IMG/VR virus record: IMGVR_UViG_3300023184_000027
Location: 124,001-188,000 of that record
DNA length: 64,000 bases
Reading direction: 5' to 3' (one strand)
The position numbers and the translations under genes are program-made. Below are positions 1-11,300 of the stretch, one piece after another; the stretch's first letter is position 1; each line of letters begins with the position of its first letter. Under the pieces are notes generated by a model, which was given only the letters and a program-made list of their open reading frames with translations, searched no databases and was not told the DNA's origin.

Positions 1-156
1 CATCTGAATGATAATTTTGAAATATTTATTCTCAAAATAACTTGTTTCAATCACATCAATAATTGACCTAGAGAAGTCTTTATCGATGACGATTTGGTTT
101 AATAATTGTAGCTGAAATGTGCTACCTAAGTAATCAAAATTTTTGTTTGAAGCCAT
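1..156 (-). CDS. Replicative DnaB/gp41-like helicase, N-terminal part (runs off window start)
   Basis: Not in the ORF track. ATG at 156 opens MASNKNFDYLGSTFQLQLLNQIVIDKDFSRSIIDVIETSYFENKYFKIIIQM with no stop to position 1. It resembles DnaB-type N-terminal domains and follows the exonuclease/recA/SSB genes. Confidence 0.6.
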   Translation of the reverse strand, partial: MASNKNFDYLGSTFQLQLLNQIVIDKDFSRSIIDVIETSYFENKYFKIIIQM

Positions 157-185
157 ATATTTTCTTTTAGTGTATTAGATAAATA

Positions 186-638
186 CTATACACTTAGACT
201 AACATCCAGATAGTCGTATGTTAAATTTTCGTCAGAAAAAATGTCAGTCAGGTTCATCAATAAGTTTTTTAGGTGTGGGCGTACATCCACAGTGTATCTT
301 ACCTTCGGAGGGTAGATTTTAGCATCCACCTGTCTATGACAAATTGTCACATCATTTTGTTTAATAAAAATATTAAAGTACTCCGGACCATCAATATATG
401 ATGTTTCTAAAATAGCCGGGTTGTTAATAATTTCGTACATATTGTCCGTCATATACGTCACCGTTTTCAATGATAATTGAGTTTGGATATCATCCTTAAA
501 CTCACGAATTAATTCGTATAATTCTAACGAATGTTTTGCTTTTTCGTTAAATTCTCTAACGTTAAAAAATCTCTGTACTATGATGTTATCATTTACCATC
601 ATTAAGAATTCTAATTTTACCGATTCTTGGTCTTTCAT
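186..638 (-). CDS. Hypothetical phage protein in the replication operon
   Basis: 150-aa ORF tightly packed and co-oriented between the exonuclease and helicase genes; no motif recognised. Confidence 0.75.
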   Translation of the reverse strand: MKDQESVKLEFLMMVNDNIIVQRFFNVREFNEKAKHSLELYELIREFKDDIQTQLSLKTVTYMTDNMYEIINNPAILETSYIDGPEYFNIFIKQNDVTICHRQVDAKIYPPKVRYTVDVRPHLKNLLMNLTDIFSDENLTYDYLDVSLSV

Positions 639-646
639 AATTTTAA

Positions 647-1648
647 TTAATTGTTTTTATAATTTCGTTTTTCTTTTCTTGTTAATTTCATAAAGGGTCT
701 AACAAAATTTACCCACGCATCATCACCTTTTGGTAGATACTTAAAAAACCCGTCTTCCATCATCATTTTAATTAATCCCTTATAACCCCTACCATCAGGG
801 TCTAAAGTTTCCTTATAATATAACTCAACAAGCTCTTTAGCATCATCAGTTATTAATGGAGACGACAAATTTATGATTTTTTCGTTAATAATAAAAAATT
901 CTTCACCATAAATTCCACTTTTTGTTTTACCGGACAAAAGATTTTGTAATGTCTTGTTACTTTTGTTCTCCTTTAATAGATTATCAGCCTTTTCTAAAAT
1001 ATCGGTAATTGAAACCGGTTTTTCAAGTAGCTCAGGGAAAAACTTTATAAGAGTTTTTTCTCCCAATCCTGAAATACCATCAATGTTGTCCGATTTATCC
1101 CCCGACAATATTTTATAAGTTTTAATGTTTTCGTGGGGAAATTCGTAAAAATCACATTTGATTTTACTTCCTAAATGATAAGTTTGTTTGGTTCTCGGAT
1201 AAAACACCGATACCTTGTCCGATATAAGTTGGGTAAGGTCTTTATCCCCCGAATAGATGGTCTTTTGTTCGTTTTCCGAGATTTGACAGTAGTACGCTAT
1301 TAAATCGTCGCCTTCGTTATTATCTATGTTGATTTGTCTTATATAACAGTCCTCCAAGTATTGTTTGATTCTTTCTTTCTGCTCTTCAAAAGATTCGTCT
1401 CTAAAGTCCTCAGTTAATCTTCTTTTTTCTTTATATTGGGGATAAATAAGTTTTCTGGCTGATGAATTATTATCACCATCCCACATAACAACAACCTTAT
1501 CAAAATTTTGTTCGTCTATAAAACGTCTGATTGTATTGATAAAATGCCACAATCCTCCTATGTGTTTTCCGTTGTGGTAAAAATCTTTAACCCCGCAAAA
1601 TCCAATCTTAAGTAGATTGTTTCCGTCTACCAAAAGTGTTTTAGTCAC
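647..1648 (-). CDS. 5'-3' exonuclease / flap endonuclease (T4 RNase H / PolI 5'-nuclease family)
   Basis: Motifs LLVDGNNL, WDG, YPQYKEKR, EGDDLIAY, SGDKDLTQL and the helix-3-turn-helix LSGDKSDNIDGISGLGEKT. Confidence 0.93.
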   Translation of the reverse strand: MTKTLLVDGNNLLKIGFCGVKDFYHNGKHIGGLWHFINTIRRFIDEQNFDKVVVMWDGDNNSSARKLIYPQYKEKRRLTEDFRDESFEEQKERIKQYLEDCYIRQINIDNNEGDDLIAYYCQISENEQKTIYSGDKDLTQLISDKVSVFYPRTKQTYHLGSKIKCDFYEFPHENIKTYKILSGDKSDNIDGISGLGEKTLIKFFPELLEKPVSITDILEKADNLLKENKSNKTLQNLLSGKTKSGIYGEEFFIINEKIINLSSPLITDDAKELVELYYKETLDPDGRGYKGLIKMMMEDGFFKYLPKGDDAWVNFVRPFMKLTRKEKRNYKNN

Positions 1649-1669
1649 TTGTTTTGTTTGTATTCGTTA

Positions 1670-2329
1670 CTATAATATTTTGTTACTCTTTTTCAAATTA
1701 TCTTCAGCCCACAAGGGTTGGAGATTTTCATAATGACATAACTTATAAAGTTCGTCTTCTGTTTTTGCCGATGATAATGGAATGATGTGGTCAATGTGCC
1801 ACTCACTCCGGTTATCCCAACTCATACCATCAATAAATTGGATTTCTAAATGTTCTTTTAGAAATTGGGGTGAACACCCAACAATATCAAAGGTTTTGTT
1901 TCGTTTGGTTATATTAAGAATTTTCAAATACTTCCACAATCTACATCTTAATCTATTGGTTAAATTAAAAACAGGGTCACCATCTCTTCTCTCTTTTCTT
2001 CGTTCTTGTTTTCTTGGTTTATAATTTTCACGGTATTCTTTTCTTTTTTCCGGATTTTTAACTAACCAATTTCCCTTTATTTCTTTAACTTTTTCCGGAT
2101 TTTCTTCTCTCCATTTCTTGTGACGATTATAAACCCATTCAGGATTTTTTTTAGTCCAATTTCTAGTTAATTCTAAAACTTTTTCAGGGTTATTTTTACG
2201 GTAATCAACACTTCTTTTATTATTACACTCTTTACAAGAATATAACAACCCATCCTTTGATGATTTTGAATTACCAAATTCACAAACTTTTTTTTCACCC
2301 TTACATTTAGAACAAACTTTAGTTTTCAT
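1670..2329 (-). CDS. Free-standing HNH (homing-type) endonuclease with N-terminal zinc finger
   Basis: CSKC...CKEC N-terminus, basic linker, C-terminal WHIDHIIPLS...CHYENLQPLWAEDNLKKSNK; inserted between recA and the exonuclease. Confidence 0.85.
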   Translation of the reverse strand: MKTKVCSKCKGEKKVCEFGNSKSSKDGLLYSCKECNNKRSVDYRKNNPEKVLELTRNWTKKNPEWVYNRHKKWREENPEKVKEIKGNWLVKNPEKRKEYRENYKPRKQERRKERRDGDPVFNLTNRLRCRLWKYLKILNITKRNKTFDIVGCSPQFLKEHLEIQFIDGMSWDNRSEWHIDHIIPLSSAKTEDELYKLCHYENLQPLWAEDNLKKSNKIL

Positions 2330-2337
2330 TTTTTTAA

Positions 2338-3339
2338 TTAATCTTCATCATCTGATATAACATTAGGAATAATATCATCTTTAAATGTTATACTACCTTC
2401 ACCACCAAGAATTTTATTCCAATATTCGGAATATTCTTTTTTGTATTTATCAATTGCGGATTTATCATCTTTAATGTATCCTTGAGGAACAGCAATTATT
2501 TTACCATCCTTAAATGATATCCCATTTACATGGTTTTTCAATATTGATATTTTAGTTCTAACCGCATACGATATTGTCCTACTATTTTTAGTTGCGGTGA
2601 TATGGCTAATTCCCGATTTCTTTTGATTACCAAATAAAAATACAATACTTGATGCTAACCATAATGCCTCACCACCCTTGGCTTTAATTTCTGGTTGACC
2701 GAAAGGGTTATCTGCGGGGAGTACCCATGGCTGATTGATTACGACTAATGTATTATAATACAGATAGTCATCTTTTTTTGATTTAGATATTCTAGAATGA
2801 ACACCCATACCTATTTTATCCGCTAACACCCCAGCCGTGTGCATTTTACCTCCGGCACCATTAAATGTCATCTTACAAGGAATACTTCCAACACTATCCC
2901 ATAAGAAAAGAAGACTATACGATATGTCTCCATTTTCTTGAGCATCAATTATATCATTAATAAATTCGGTAGCTTGTTCAACATAATCAAAACTATCATT
3001 AAAGATAAATTGACCATCCCATTCCCCATTTTCATTTTGTTCAGCTTGTAAACCCAATTCAACAGCATGTTCCCAAGACCATTTTTTTTCTGTTATTATA
3101 AACACGGGTAAATGACCCTTTTTTTGAGCATCAACCGCCGCTAATATCATTGCCGTTGTTTTTGAAGAATTTGAATGTCCCAAGAACATATTGATACCCC
3201 CCATTACAGGACCTGGTAATCCACAAGCATCCATAAAAGCGTCACCGCAGTTATAGAAACTTTCAGGTTTGTATTTTGTTTTTGTAGAGAATTTACCCTT
3301 TATATCCTCTAACGAGAATGTTTTCTTTTTAATCGCCAT
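2338..3339 (-). CDS. recA: RecA/UvsX-like recombinase
   Basis: P-loop region GHSNSSKTT (atypical), Walker B LFLWDSVGS, VVINQ and KGGEAL motifs; lies next to the SSB gene. Confidence 0.88.
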   Translation of the reverse strand: MAIKKKTFSLEDIKGKFSTKTKYKPESFYNCGDAFMDACGLPGPVMGGINMFLGHSNSSKTTAMILAAVDAQKKGHLPVFIITEKKWSWEHAVELGLQAEQNENGEWDGQFIFNDSFDYVEQATEFINDIIDAQENGDISYSLLFLWDSVGSIPCKMTFNGAGGKMHTAGVLADKIGMGVHSRISKSKKDDYLYYNTLVVINQPWVLPADNPFGQPEIKAKGGEALWLASSIVFLFGNQKKSGISHITATKNSRTISYAVRTKISILKNHVNGISFKDGKIIAVPQGYIKDDKSAIDKYKKEYSEYWNKILGGEGSITFKDDIIPNVISDDED

Positions 3340-3370
3340 ATGTCTAAGTTAATTTAATTTTTTAGTTTAT

Positions 3371-3420
3371 TTAGACAAGTTGAGCACCGAGTAATCCCGG
3401 TGCCCAAGTTATATGTCTAA
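3371..3420 (-). other. RNA stem-loop between SSB and recA (stabilising or regulatory)
   Basis: Minus-strand UUGGGCACCGGG-AUUA-CUCGGUGCUCAA is a 12-bp stem with two G-U pairs, closed by UUAGACA/UGUCUAA; no U-tract follows. Confidence 0.6.
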
Positions 3421-3434
3421 TAAGTTTTGTTTGA

Positions 3435-4295
3435 TTAGAACGGCATTTCATCATCCGCATCGTCATTCGCTTGTGGGTCAACAGGTGCAGATGTTTTACC
3501 ACTACCACCAAATGATGATTCACTATCTTCAGCGTTTCCATATACATAACCACCTTTTTCAGTACTCCATTTAGGACTTTCTCCTCTTGCAAGAGCTTCT
3601 AAATACTCAACAGGTTTTTTAGAATAAACGTCTTCCCAAGTTAGTTCGTCATTAACCCATTCATCACCAATGGTTTTGTTTTCGTTAATAACCGCTGGGT
3701 CATCATACATAACAGTTTGGATAACAGTGTAGAAAGCTCCTTTAGGTGTTTTAGCTTTAGTTAATTCTAAAATAATATCTCTACCTTTTTCAGGGTCAGT
3801 AATATCACCTTTTGCTCTAAAAATAGGAATAATTTTATCTAAAATACCTTCATTTTTGTAGTTGTCTTTAAATCTCCAAAATTTAACACCATCAGCCTCA
3901 TTATCTCTATCAATAACTTTTACGATGTAAAATTTACGAGATAAATACTGTTTAGCTAATTCTTTATCAGAATCTCTACCGGTTGAACGTAATTCTTCGT
4001 AAACCTCGTTTAAAGGTGAACGCTCATTATCGTTTTTTCCCGGGTCATAAAATTTTTGGAATTTTCCGTCAACTTGGATTTCGTGATAAAAAACAACTTT
4101 AAATGGTGAAGAACCATCTTTTGTTGGTAAAATCCTTAATCGTCTTTGCCCTTGAGTTTCCTTATCTTGAAGGATTGCCGCAAAGTACTTTTTCATTCTT
4201 TCTTCTTGTGTGAATTTTGAGGTAGAAGAAGAACCTCCTTGTTTTGATTGCTCATATTGAGCCAAAATCGCGTCTAATGAATTGTTTGTCGCCAT
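3435..4295 (-). CDS. Single-stranded DNA-binding protein (T4 gp32-like)
   Basis: RLRILP...PF...YH core, DITDPEKGRDI motif, acidic tail ending DDADDEMPF. Confidence 0.88.
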   Translation of the reverse strand: MATNNSLDAILAQYEQSKQGGSSSTSKFTQEERMKKYFAAILQDKETQGQRRLRILPTKDGSSPFKVVFYHEIQVDGKFQKFYDPGKNDNERSPLNEVYEELRSTGRDSDKELAKQYLSRKFYIVKVIDRDNEADGVKFWRFKDNYKNEGILDKIIPIFRAKGDITDPEKGRDIILELTKAKTPKGAFYTVIQTVMYDDPAVINENKTIGDEWVNDELTWEDVYSKKPVEYLEALARGESPKWSTEKGGYVYGNAEDSESSFGGSGKTSAPVDPQANDDADDEMPF

Positions 4296-4324
4296 AGTTA
4301 TATAAAAATTAAATTGTTTACTAA

Positions 4325-4353
4325 AGTATAAGTGTCTACGAGTGGTTTGTCAA
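4325..4353 (-). promoter_or_regulatory. Sigma70-type promoter for the SSB-recA-exonuclease-helicase operon
   Basis: Minus strand TTGACA (4353-4348), 17-nt spacer, TATACT (4330-4325), 30 nt upstream of the SSB start and just downstream of a terminator. Confidence 0.8.
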
Positions 4354-4361
4354 ATTGTTTT

Positions 4362-4390
4362 GTAAAAAAAAATGGTCCGGAGACCATTTT
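4362..4390 (-). terminator. Intrinsic terminator ending the tail/baseplate operon
   Basis: Minus strand AAAATGGTC-TCCG-GACCATTTT followed by more T residues, immediately after the stop at 4393. Confidence 0.8.
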
Positions 4391-4392
4391 AA

Positions 4393-5052
4393 TTATCTAA
4401 TCTCTTTAAATGAGGTTGCTTCGTCCTCAAAATTTCTAAATGTTTTTTTAATCTCATTTGGTGAATAGTCTTCTACCTCGTCTTGAGTTAAAATATATTC
4501 ATTTTTTCCCGATTTGTCCATCTCTTCTTCTTTATCAACAAAAAAATCTGTTAATTTCTGATTAAAAGGTCCCGAGTCTAGGCTTCTTAATTCTAATTTT
4601 TCTTGTGGTGTTTTTTCTCTGTATTTTTCAACTTTAGCTTCCAAGTCATTTAATTTATTCATAATACCATCCATTTCACCAAGTTTACTTTCTAAATCCG
4701 TTAAATGGCTGAATAAATTATTAAAATACTCTTCTTGTTTTTGTTCAGTATTTTTTTGAGATTTTACTAAATCGGTAATATCAATTTCTTTAGTATTACT
4801 TTCTTCTTCACCCACTTTTTCAACATCGGGGTCAGCAGCAACATCTACAGGTTGTGGTTCAACCGGTGCTTCAGGAGCTGGTGGCATATTTGGGTCGATA
4901 GGTGGTAAAGCATTTGGGTCTTCAACCGGAGGAAGAGCATTTGGGTCTGTTTCTGGTGGTGGAGGTAAAACAGCCTCTTGTTCCGTGATATAATTATTAA
5001 TTGAGTTATATCTAGCCAATTCCTCTAATATTTGATTATCTATTTTTTTCAT
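4393..5052 (-). CDS. Acidic, Pro-rich, coiled-coil hypothetical protein (possible scaffold/internal virion protein)
   Basis: Repeated DPNALPP units followed by a heptad-like segment; last gene of the structural operon. Confidence 0.6.
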   Translation of the reverse strand: MKKIDNQILEELARYNSINNYITEQEAVLPPPPETDPNALPPVEDPNALPPIDPNMPPAPEAPVEPQPVDVAADPDVEKVGEEESNTKEIDITDLVKSQKNTEQKQEEYFNNLFSHLTDLESKLGEMDGIMNKLNDLEAKVEKYREKTPQEKLELRSLDSGPFNQKLTDFFVDKEEEMDKSGKNEYILTQDEVEDYSPNEIKKTFRNFEDEATSFKEIR

Positions 5053-5056
5053 TTTA

Positions 5057-5281
5057 TTATCCGTTTAATAATTGTTTTACACCGGTTAATGTTTCAACCT
5101 GAATTTTTTTATTTGTTGTCATTGTATTGTCTACTCTTTCGATTAGACCATCTTTCATTCTAATTGTATAACAATCACCTGTGTCTAAATCACAAACTTG
5201 TTTAGAACCATTTCCCAAATCTTTTTCGGTACTTCTAGCCTTTTTACCTAAATAGTTGTCTAATATTAATTTTGTGTCCAT
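5057..5281 (-). CDS. Small hypothetical protein (CDLDTGDC motif)
   Basis: 74-aa ORF with a TATTTAT motif just upstream; operon-packed. Confidence 0.7.
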   Translation of the reverse strand: MDTKLILDNYLGKKARSTEKDLGNGSKQVCDLDTGDCYTIRMKDGLIERVDNTMTTNKKIQVETLTGVKQLLNG

Positions 5282-5326
5282 AATCTTTTATTTATAAATA
5301 TCATTTAATTGTGAAAAATTTAATCT

Positions 5327-8300
5327 TTATCTATTAGTGACCCCATTATAAAGTGAAATAGATTCTCCTATCTTAAATTCAATATCCTTTAATCGTGTAG
5401 AATCAGTCGCTTTTATAGAATCATAAACATTTTGATTATTACTATTGGCGTTAAAATATAAAATATAGAATTTAGCTATATCAACAGGGGTTGTATTACC
5501 AAACGCGCTAGATTTATCTTTAAACCTAGCAACTAACATTTTAACATGATTATCAGCACTATCAAAATAAACATACGGAATTTCTTTAGGTGAACAATAA
5601 TAATATTTTGTACTACTAAAGAACCCTGAACTACCATCACCCCAAAATTCGCTAATATCAATACCAGCGTAATTATGCTCATAAGATTCTAATCCTTGAG
5701 AACTACCTGATTGTAAATACATCATTGCAAAAATAATATATTTTAATTTAGTGTCGTTAGTTTTTGAATTTATTATCTGAATAATATTTGTATAGTTTAT
5801 AACTGTTTTATTTGGTGTACCCGCTTTATATGTGTTATATTTTGTTGATACCGAACAAGTCTGTTGTGCCGACGCAACCGTTCCATCTTTATCTAACCCT
5901 TTATCTAAAACCTCATTTCTCTGACTAATAATATCATTTTTTTTAACTTTACCATCAGACTTTTTAGGGACTTTATCTTCCTTAATTTTATCAACTATCG
6001 TTGTTAATAAAGTAGTTTTTAATGATTGTATATAAGCACTTATTTTAGGTAATGACGCAATAGGTTGTCTAACCCCCTCCACAATAGTTTCAAAAGAACC
6101 GGGACTTATAATATGATTAACACTTGTAATCATATAAGGACCACTAAACATTGGAACATATCGTAAATTAAAATACATTGTAGGTTGAATCATTGCATTA
6201 CCCATCATATTCACCGTACAATTATAACTTCTAGTTTTGTATAAATTAAATAGGGATACATTTTGTGTTGACGCTTTTCTATTTCCGGATTGATTAGCCA
6301 TTTGATTTAAAAGTTCTAATGATTCTGCGGTTGCAGTACTTCCTCTTTGGTCAACTTGGAATCCGTGGAATATTGATTGATTTTGAGTTCCAATATCAAC
6401 ATTAAAACCAACAACCTTATTTGACATACCCCAATCCTTTTTATTGATTTGACTCTCAACTAATGGATTATCACTAGCTCGTCTTAAATCAAAAGCGTCA
6501 CTTCTAAACCTATAATCAATATTATCTTTTAAATCTAATTGTTCACTTGGTTTACCACCGTAAAAACAAACTAATTTTGATGAAGAGTTTCTATAATCAA
6601 CATTTAAAAATGTTCCAAACATTGTGTTAGCAAATTCTAACGAACCTTCGGCTCTTGGTTTAGGATTTTTAACCGCATCTTGCACATTATAAAAATTAAC
6701 ATATGATGGTAAATTCATAACAACAAAATTATTTTCTACTAATATAGTTTGAACAAAAACTAACATTGATGTTTTTGGATTAATGGTTGCTATATCATTT
6801 TTTAATTTAATAACATCCACCAATATTTTATCCCCAACATCACGACTTGCTCTATCAATTAACATAATGTCCTCAAACAATGTTTTTGTTTTAAAATCAT
6901 TCCCCGAAACCCACTTATCATTGATTGCCTTAAACGATTCCCATAACTCAACTTTGGTTGCCGGTCCTTCCAATACCGAATCAATTGTTTGTTGAGATGA
7001 TGTTACAATTTTTGGTAATTTTGTTTGTAATTTTGGCATTAAATTATTAATAACTTTACCTTTAAATGTCTCACTCGATGTAATATACTCATCCATCAAC
7101 ATAGTAAATGTTGATGTAGTTATAGTGGGGTCATTTAATTTTTGAGTTGCATAAATTTTTATAATAGGAGCCAAATTCTTAATGTTATCAACATTAAAGG
7201 CGATATTTAAATCAATGAAAAAGTCAGTGATATATGAACCATTATTACCATACTTTAGTTTATTAATATCAGAAAACCCTACATAAGTTTCTAAAGTTTT
7301 CCATTGTGTTGGATAATTTGTTTTAGAATAACTTAAAGTAATTCCTCCACCACTATACGGTAAAGTATTTGGTGTGTTAAGACTATATTTCTCCCAAGTA
7401 TAAGGGTCAGAAATTTGATATGTTGAGAAACTATAAAATAGTTTTTTATCAAAGTTTGACGGATTACCGTATTTAAAAACAACATCAGTATTAATAAATT
7501 TAGTTAAAATATTAGATATTGTTGTTAATTGTTCTTGTTGTTGTTTAATAATCACATCTGTCGGTGTTGTTCCAGCAAGTTTTGTTGTTTTCATTAAACT
7601 AATCATCAACATTTGGAAATTCTTAAATGATTTTTCTGTATCCGTCTCAAATTCACCTATAGAAATGTTTGATGAATTTGATAATGTATGTGATGAATTA
7701 TCTTCAAAATCGTACATTGATTTTGAGAATTTTAAAAACTCATATTCAAATCCGTCTAATATGTTTTTTTCAAAAACTGAGAATATCTCGTCAATACTTG
7801 TATAGTCATTTGACAGACCATTTATTGAGAAATTTTGTTGTAAGGTTTGACCTGAAAATACTTCTTTCAAATATTGGTGAGGACTTGGTTTTACCACCTT
7901 ACTATTATCAAAATACCCATAATTAGGGGCTGTCCAAAATAATCTAACAGAACCATTATACATTGCAGTATTACCACTAATCTCATATTTTAATTTATTA
8001 TTGGATGTAATACACTCATCTTTGGTTTGATTAATTAATGACCCTTGTGATGGTAATAGGTATGTGAATTTACCATCAAAAGTATTGATAGCAACAGACC
8101 AAGGAATCACCCTTAAATTTCTATTAACATTTTTTTCATCAAAACCTTTACCCATATCAATGATTGCATCTTTAACATAGTTAAGAGTAACACCTGAACT
8201 AAACCCATTTTGAATATCGGTACTTGTATAAGCAGAATAAATTTCAAAACCTTGATAAAAAATATTAAAATCATTTATTAATTTAGGGTAAAAACCAGTA

Positions 8301-11300
8301 TTAATTAATGTTGAAGTTTCCAATCCTAATGTACTATTTTTCTCTAATACAATATCAATATTTGAATTATTAATCGTTAAACTATATGTTTTTGTCGGGT
8401 CTTTGGTTGTTGGGTCATAATTATCAACATATTTAAAGTCAGACCAAGATGTATTAATAATATCAACACCATTTTCCACATAATTTTTATATCTATGATA
8501 AACAGAACCAAATTTTAAAACCCAAGCGTAAGGCATTTTATGAATGGCACCAAATTTCTTTAATGACGCAAAAATATAATCTAAAGGTTTTTCACTTTTA
8601 TTTTCGTAAGTTTTATATTTTTCTTTTAAAGTGGATAAAGGTAAACTATTGATAAAAAGATATGCCGAACTCACATATGGGGTCACATTATAATTTCTAA
8701 ATTCCTTAACACCTTCTTGTATAGAATTGATGAAATATGGTGTGTTAAACATTGATACTGTTTGGTAAGGTGTTACCAACCCATCATAATTAGTATAGTT
8801 TAAATTACCTTCGGTTAATAACTGAGAAGTAAAATCTCTTTTATTATAAAAAGTTTTTAAATCAGGATTGTTTAATACTGGCTGTTGGATATTTTTATAA
8901 GAAAAATTAGTAAATGGTCTTTTAGTATCATCATTTGCCGTATCTAAAAAATTAGATATTACTTTTTTATTTAAATTATATGTTAATACTTTTCGAGTAT
9001 CAAAAGACGATTTCGCGTCTATAAGAGTTCCCCCATCAGCTAATTTAGTATTACACCAAGTTAAATCTGTAAACGGATATGTATCCCCAAAATCAAAAGA
9101 ATTAGTTGTTGTTGAATTTGAAATATATTCAACCATAGCCTTTTCATTTGATAATGAAACTAATGGTTGTGAAACCGAATCTTTCAAGATACCAGAATTA
9201 ATAAATTCAAAACTAGAATTATTAACTAAATTTTTAATATAAGATGTGTTAAAAATTCCTCGTATATAATTTTGCCAACTTTCTCCAACACCATCATTTG
9301 ATATATGTCTTAAAAGTATCTCAAAATTAGACGCGTTAATACCATATTCTACTAATTTTTTAGTAATAAAAGGATTATCTGTCGATAAACTATTAATAAT
9401 ATTTATACTTTCACCTTCTGAAACAATATCAGAAATTTGACTAGATTCTGAAATAAAATTATTACATCTACTTAATTTTGAATAATAAGATGTTAAAAAT
9501 ATTCTTTCATAAATTTCGTACATATATTTAATCTCTTCTTTATTACTAAAAACAACATTAGTAACCGGAAACTCAATCGCCGATAATGATATTCTTTTTA
9601 CATCACTCAATTCATTTGAGTTAGGCGTGGAAGGTAGCGGGTTATCACTCCTTTGAACAAACCCTTTAATAAATTCTTCAACAAATTCTACTTCAGGCCA
9701 TAATTCAGGTAAATAAGCTTTAGTCTGATTAATAACAGCCCTATCACCCGGATAAGTAATAATAAATTGTTCCTCTTTATCGGGAGTCATTGTCTCAACA
9801 ATCATTTGAGGCCAAGGATATACTGGTTCCGTAGCATTATTTCCGGATGTTAAATTATCAGAACTAACACCTGTTAATATCGCCTTTTTTCTATCTTTAT
9901 CGTCCCTAACACTCCACGCTTGAGTATGAACATCATCCATTAATCGTAAAAAGGCTTCACCATTCGCAAATATCACAGCAAGAACATTTCTGATACTAGG
10001 AACAAACCCAATACCATTACCTTTATTTTGTAATAATTCCGATAGAGCTTCCGTTAATTCATTTTCAATTTGTTCTCGATAAGTTTTTAAATCCTTACCC
10101 ATTTTATCTATCAAATCTTCAAAAGTCCCATTACCCTCAAAAACAAAATAATTAGTTATAGGCGTTTGTTTTCCCGCATCATTCTTAATTACTAAAGAAT
10201 TTAGAACACTATCTTTAGTTAATTCCGCCTCAAATTCTTCTAATTGTTGTTTTGACGGTTCAACATCTAATTTTTTTCTTTGTCTATAAGTTTCCTTAAG
10301 ATTTATATCACCGGCTTGTAATTTTTTTGGAAAAATTTCGTATTTAATACTATTTGGTATTTGAATTGATTTTTCAGTATTATTAATTTTATACTTCCCA
10401 AGTATCCCAAGAGTTTTATTATTTGCTAATTTTTCGGTATAACTTGTAATATATTCTTTTAATTTATTAATCGCCTCATCTTTCTTTTTAGCTGGCGTAT
10501 ATTCTTTTTTAAAGGTATATACTTTAGTTTTTTCAGGATTGTCCATTACAAGAAAGTTATCAGTGTCTAAATATTTAGACCTCCAAGACTCACCATTCAT
10601 AGCGAAAATATCTTTATCGTATTCTCCTAAAATTTTTGAATATTCATTTAAATCCGTTAATGGGTCTAAATTTTGTTTAGTAAATGAATCTAAAACATTT
10701 TTAACAAAATTTTCAAGTCTATTTTGTAATTCCATTAAACTAATTTCCGGAAAATCATCAGATATCATACCTTTTGATTTATATTCACTATACATTTCTT
10801 TTACTTTCTGAAAACCTCTTTCCACAACACTATCTGTTGTTTTAGTTGTTTTACTATCTGTCCCCGTTGAAGGTGTTACCACTTTGTTTTGAACACTAAC
10901 TCTAGATTTATACATATGGGGAACCGCCAATACTGCACCCATAGTTATTTCACTCAATATTGTGTATTTATAGGTATAAAATACTAAATCAATAACAAAA
11001 TTACCAGAATATGTGTCGTATCTTGATGTAAAGTTCTGCAACATTAAAGATAATTTAACCGCTTTACCATAATAACCTTTAATAGTTAAATTAAACATTG
11101 GATATGGTAAATTAAAAAACGCCGCATAAGGTGAGTTATCGCCACCTTCAAATAAGGAGCGACCTTTAACATCTTCTAATTTAACATTGATTTGTGGTAA
11201 GAAATCTAACCCTTGTCTAATAGTTATTTGAGTGATACCCAACATTCCATTATCAGTAGTACCTCTTAAAGTTTGTCTAATGTAAGTATCATCACTTTTA

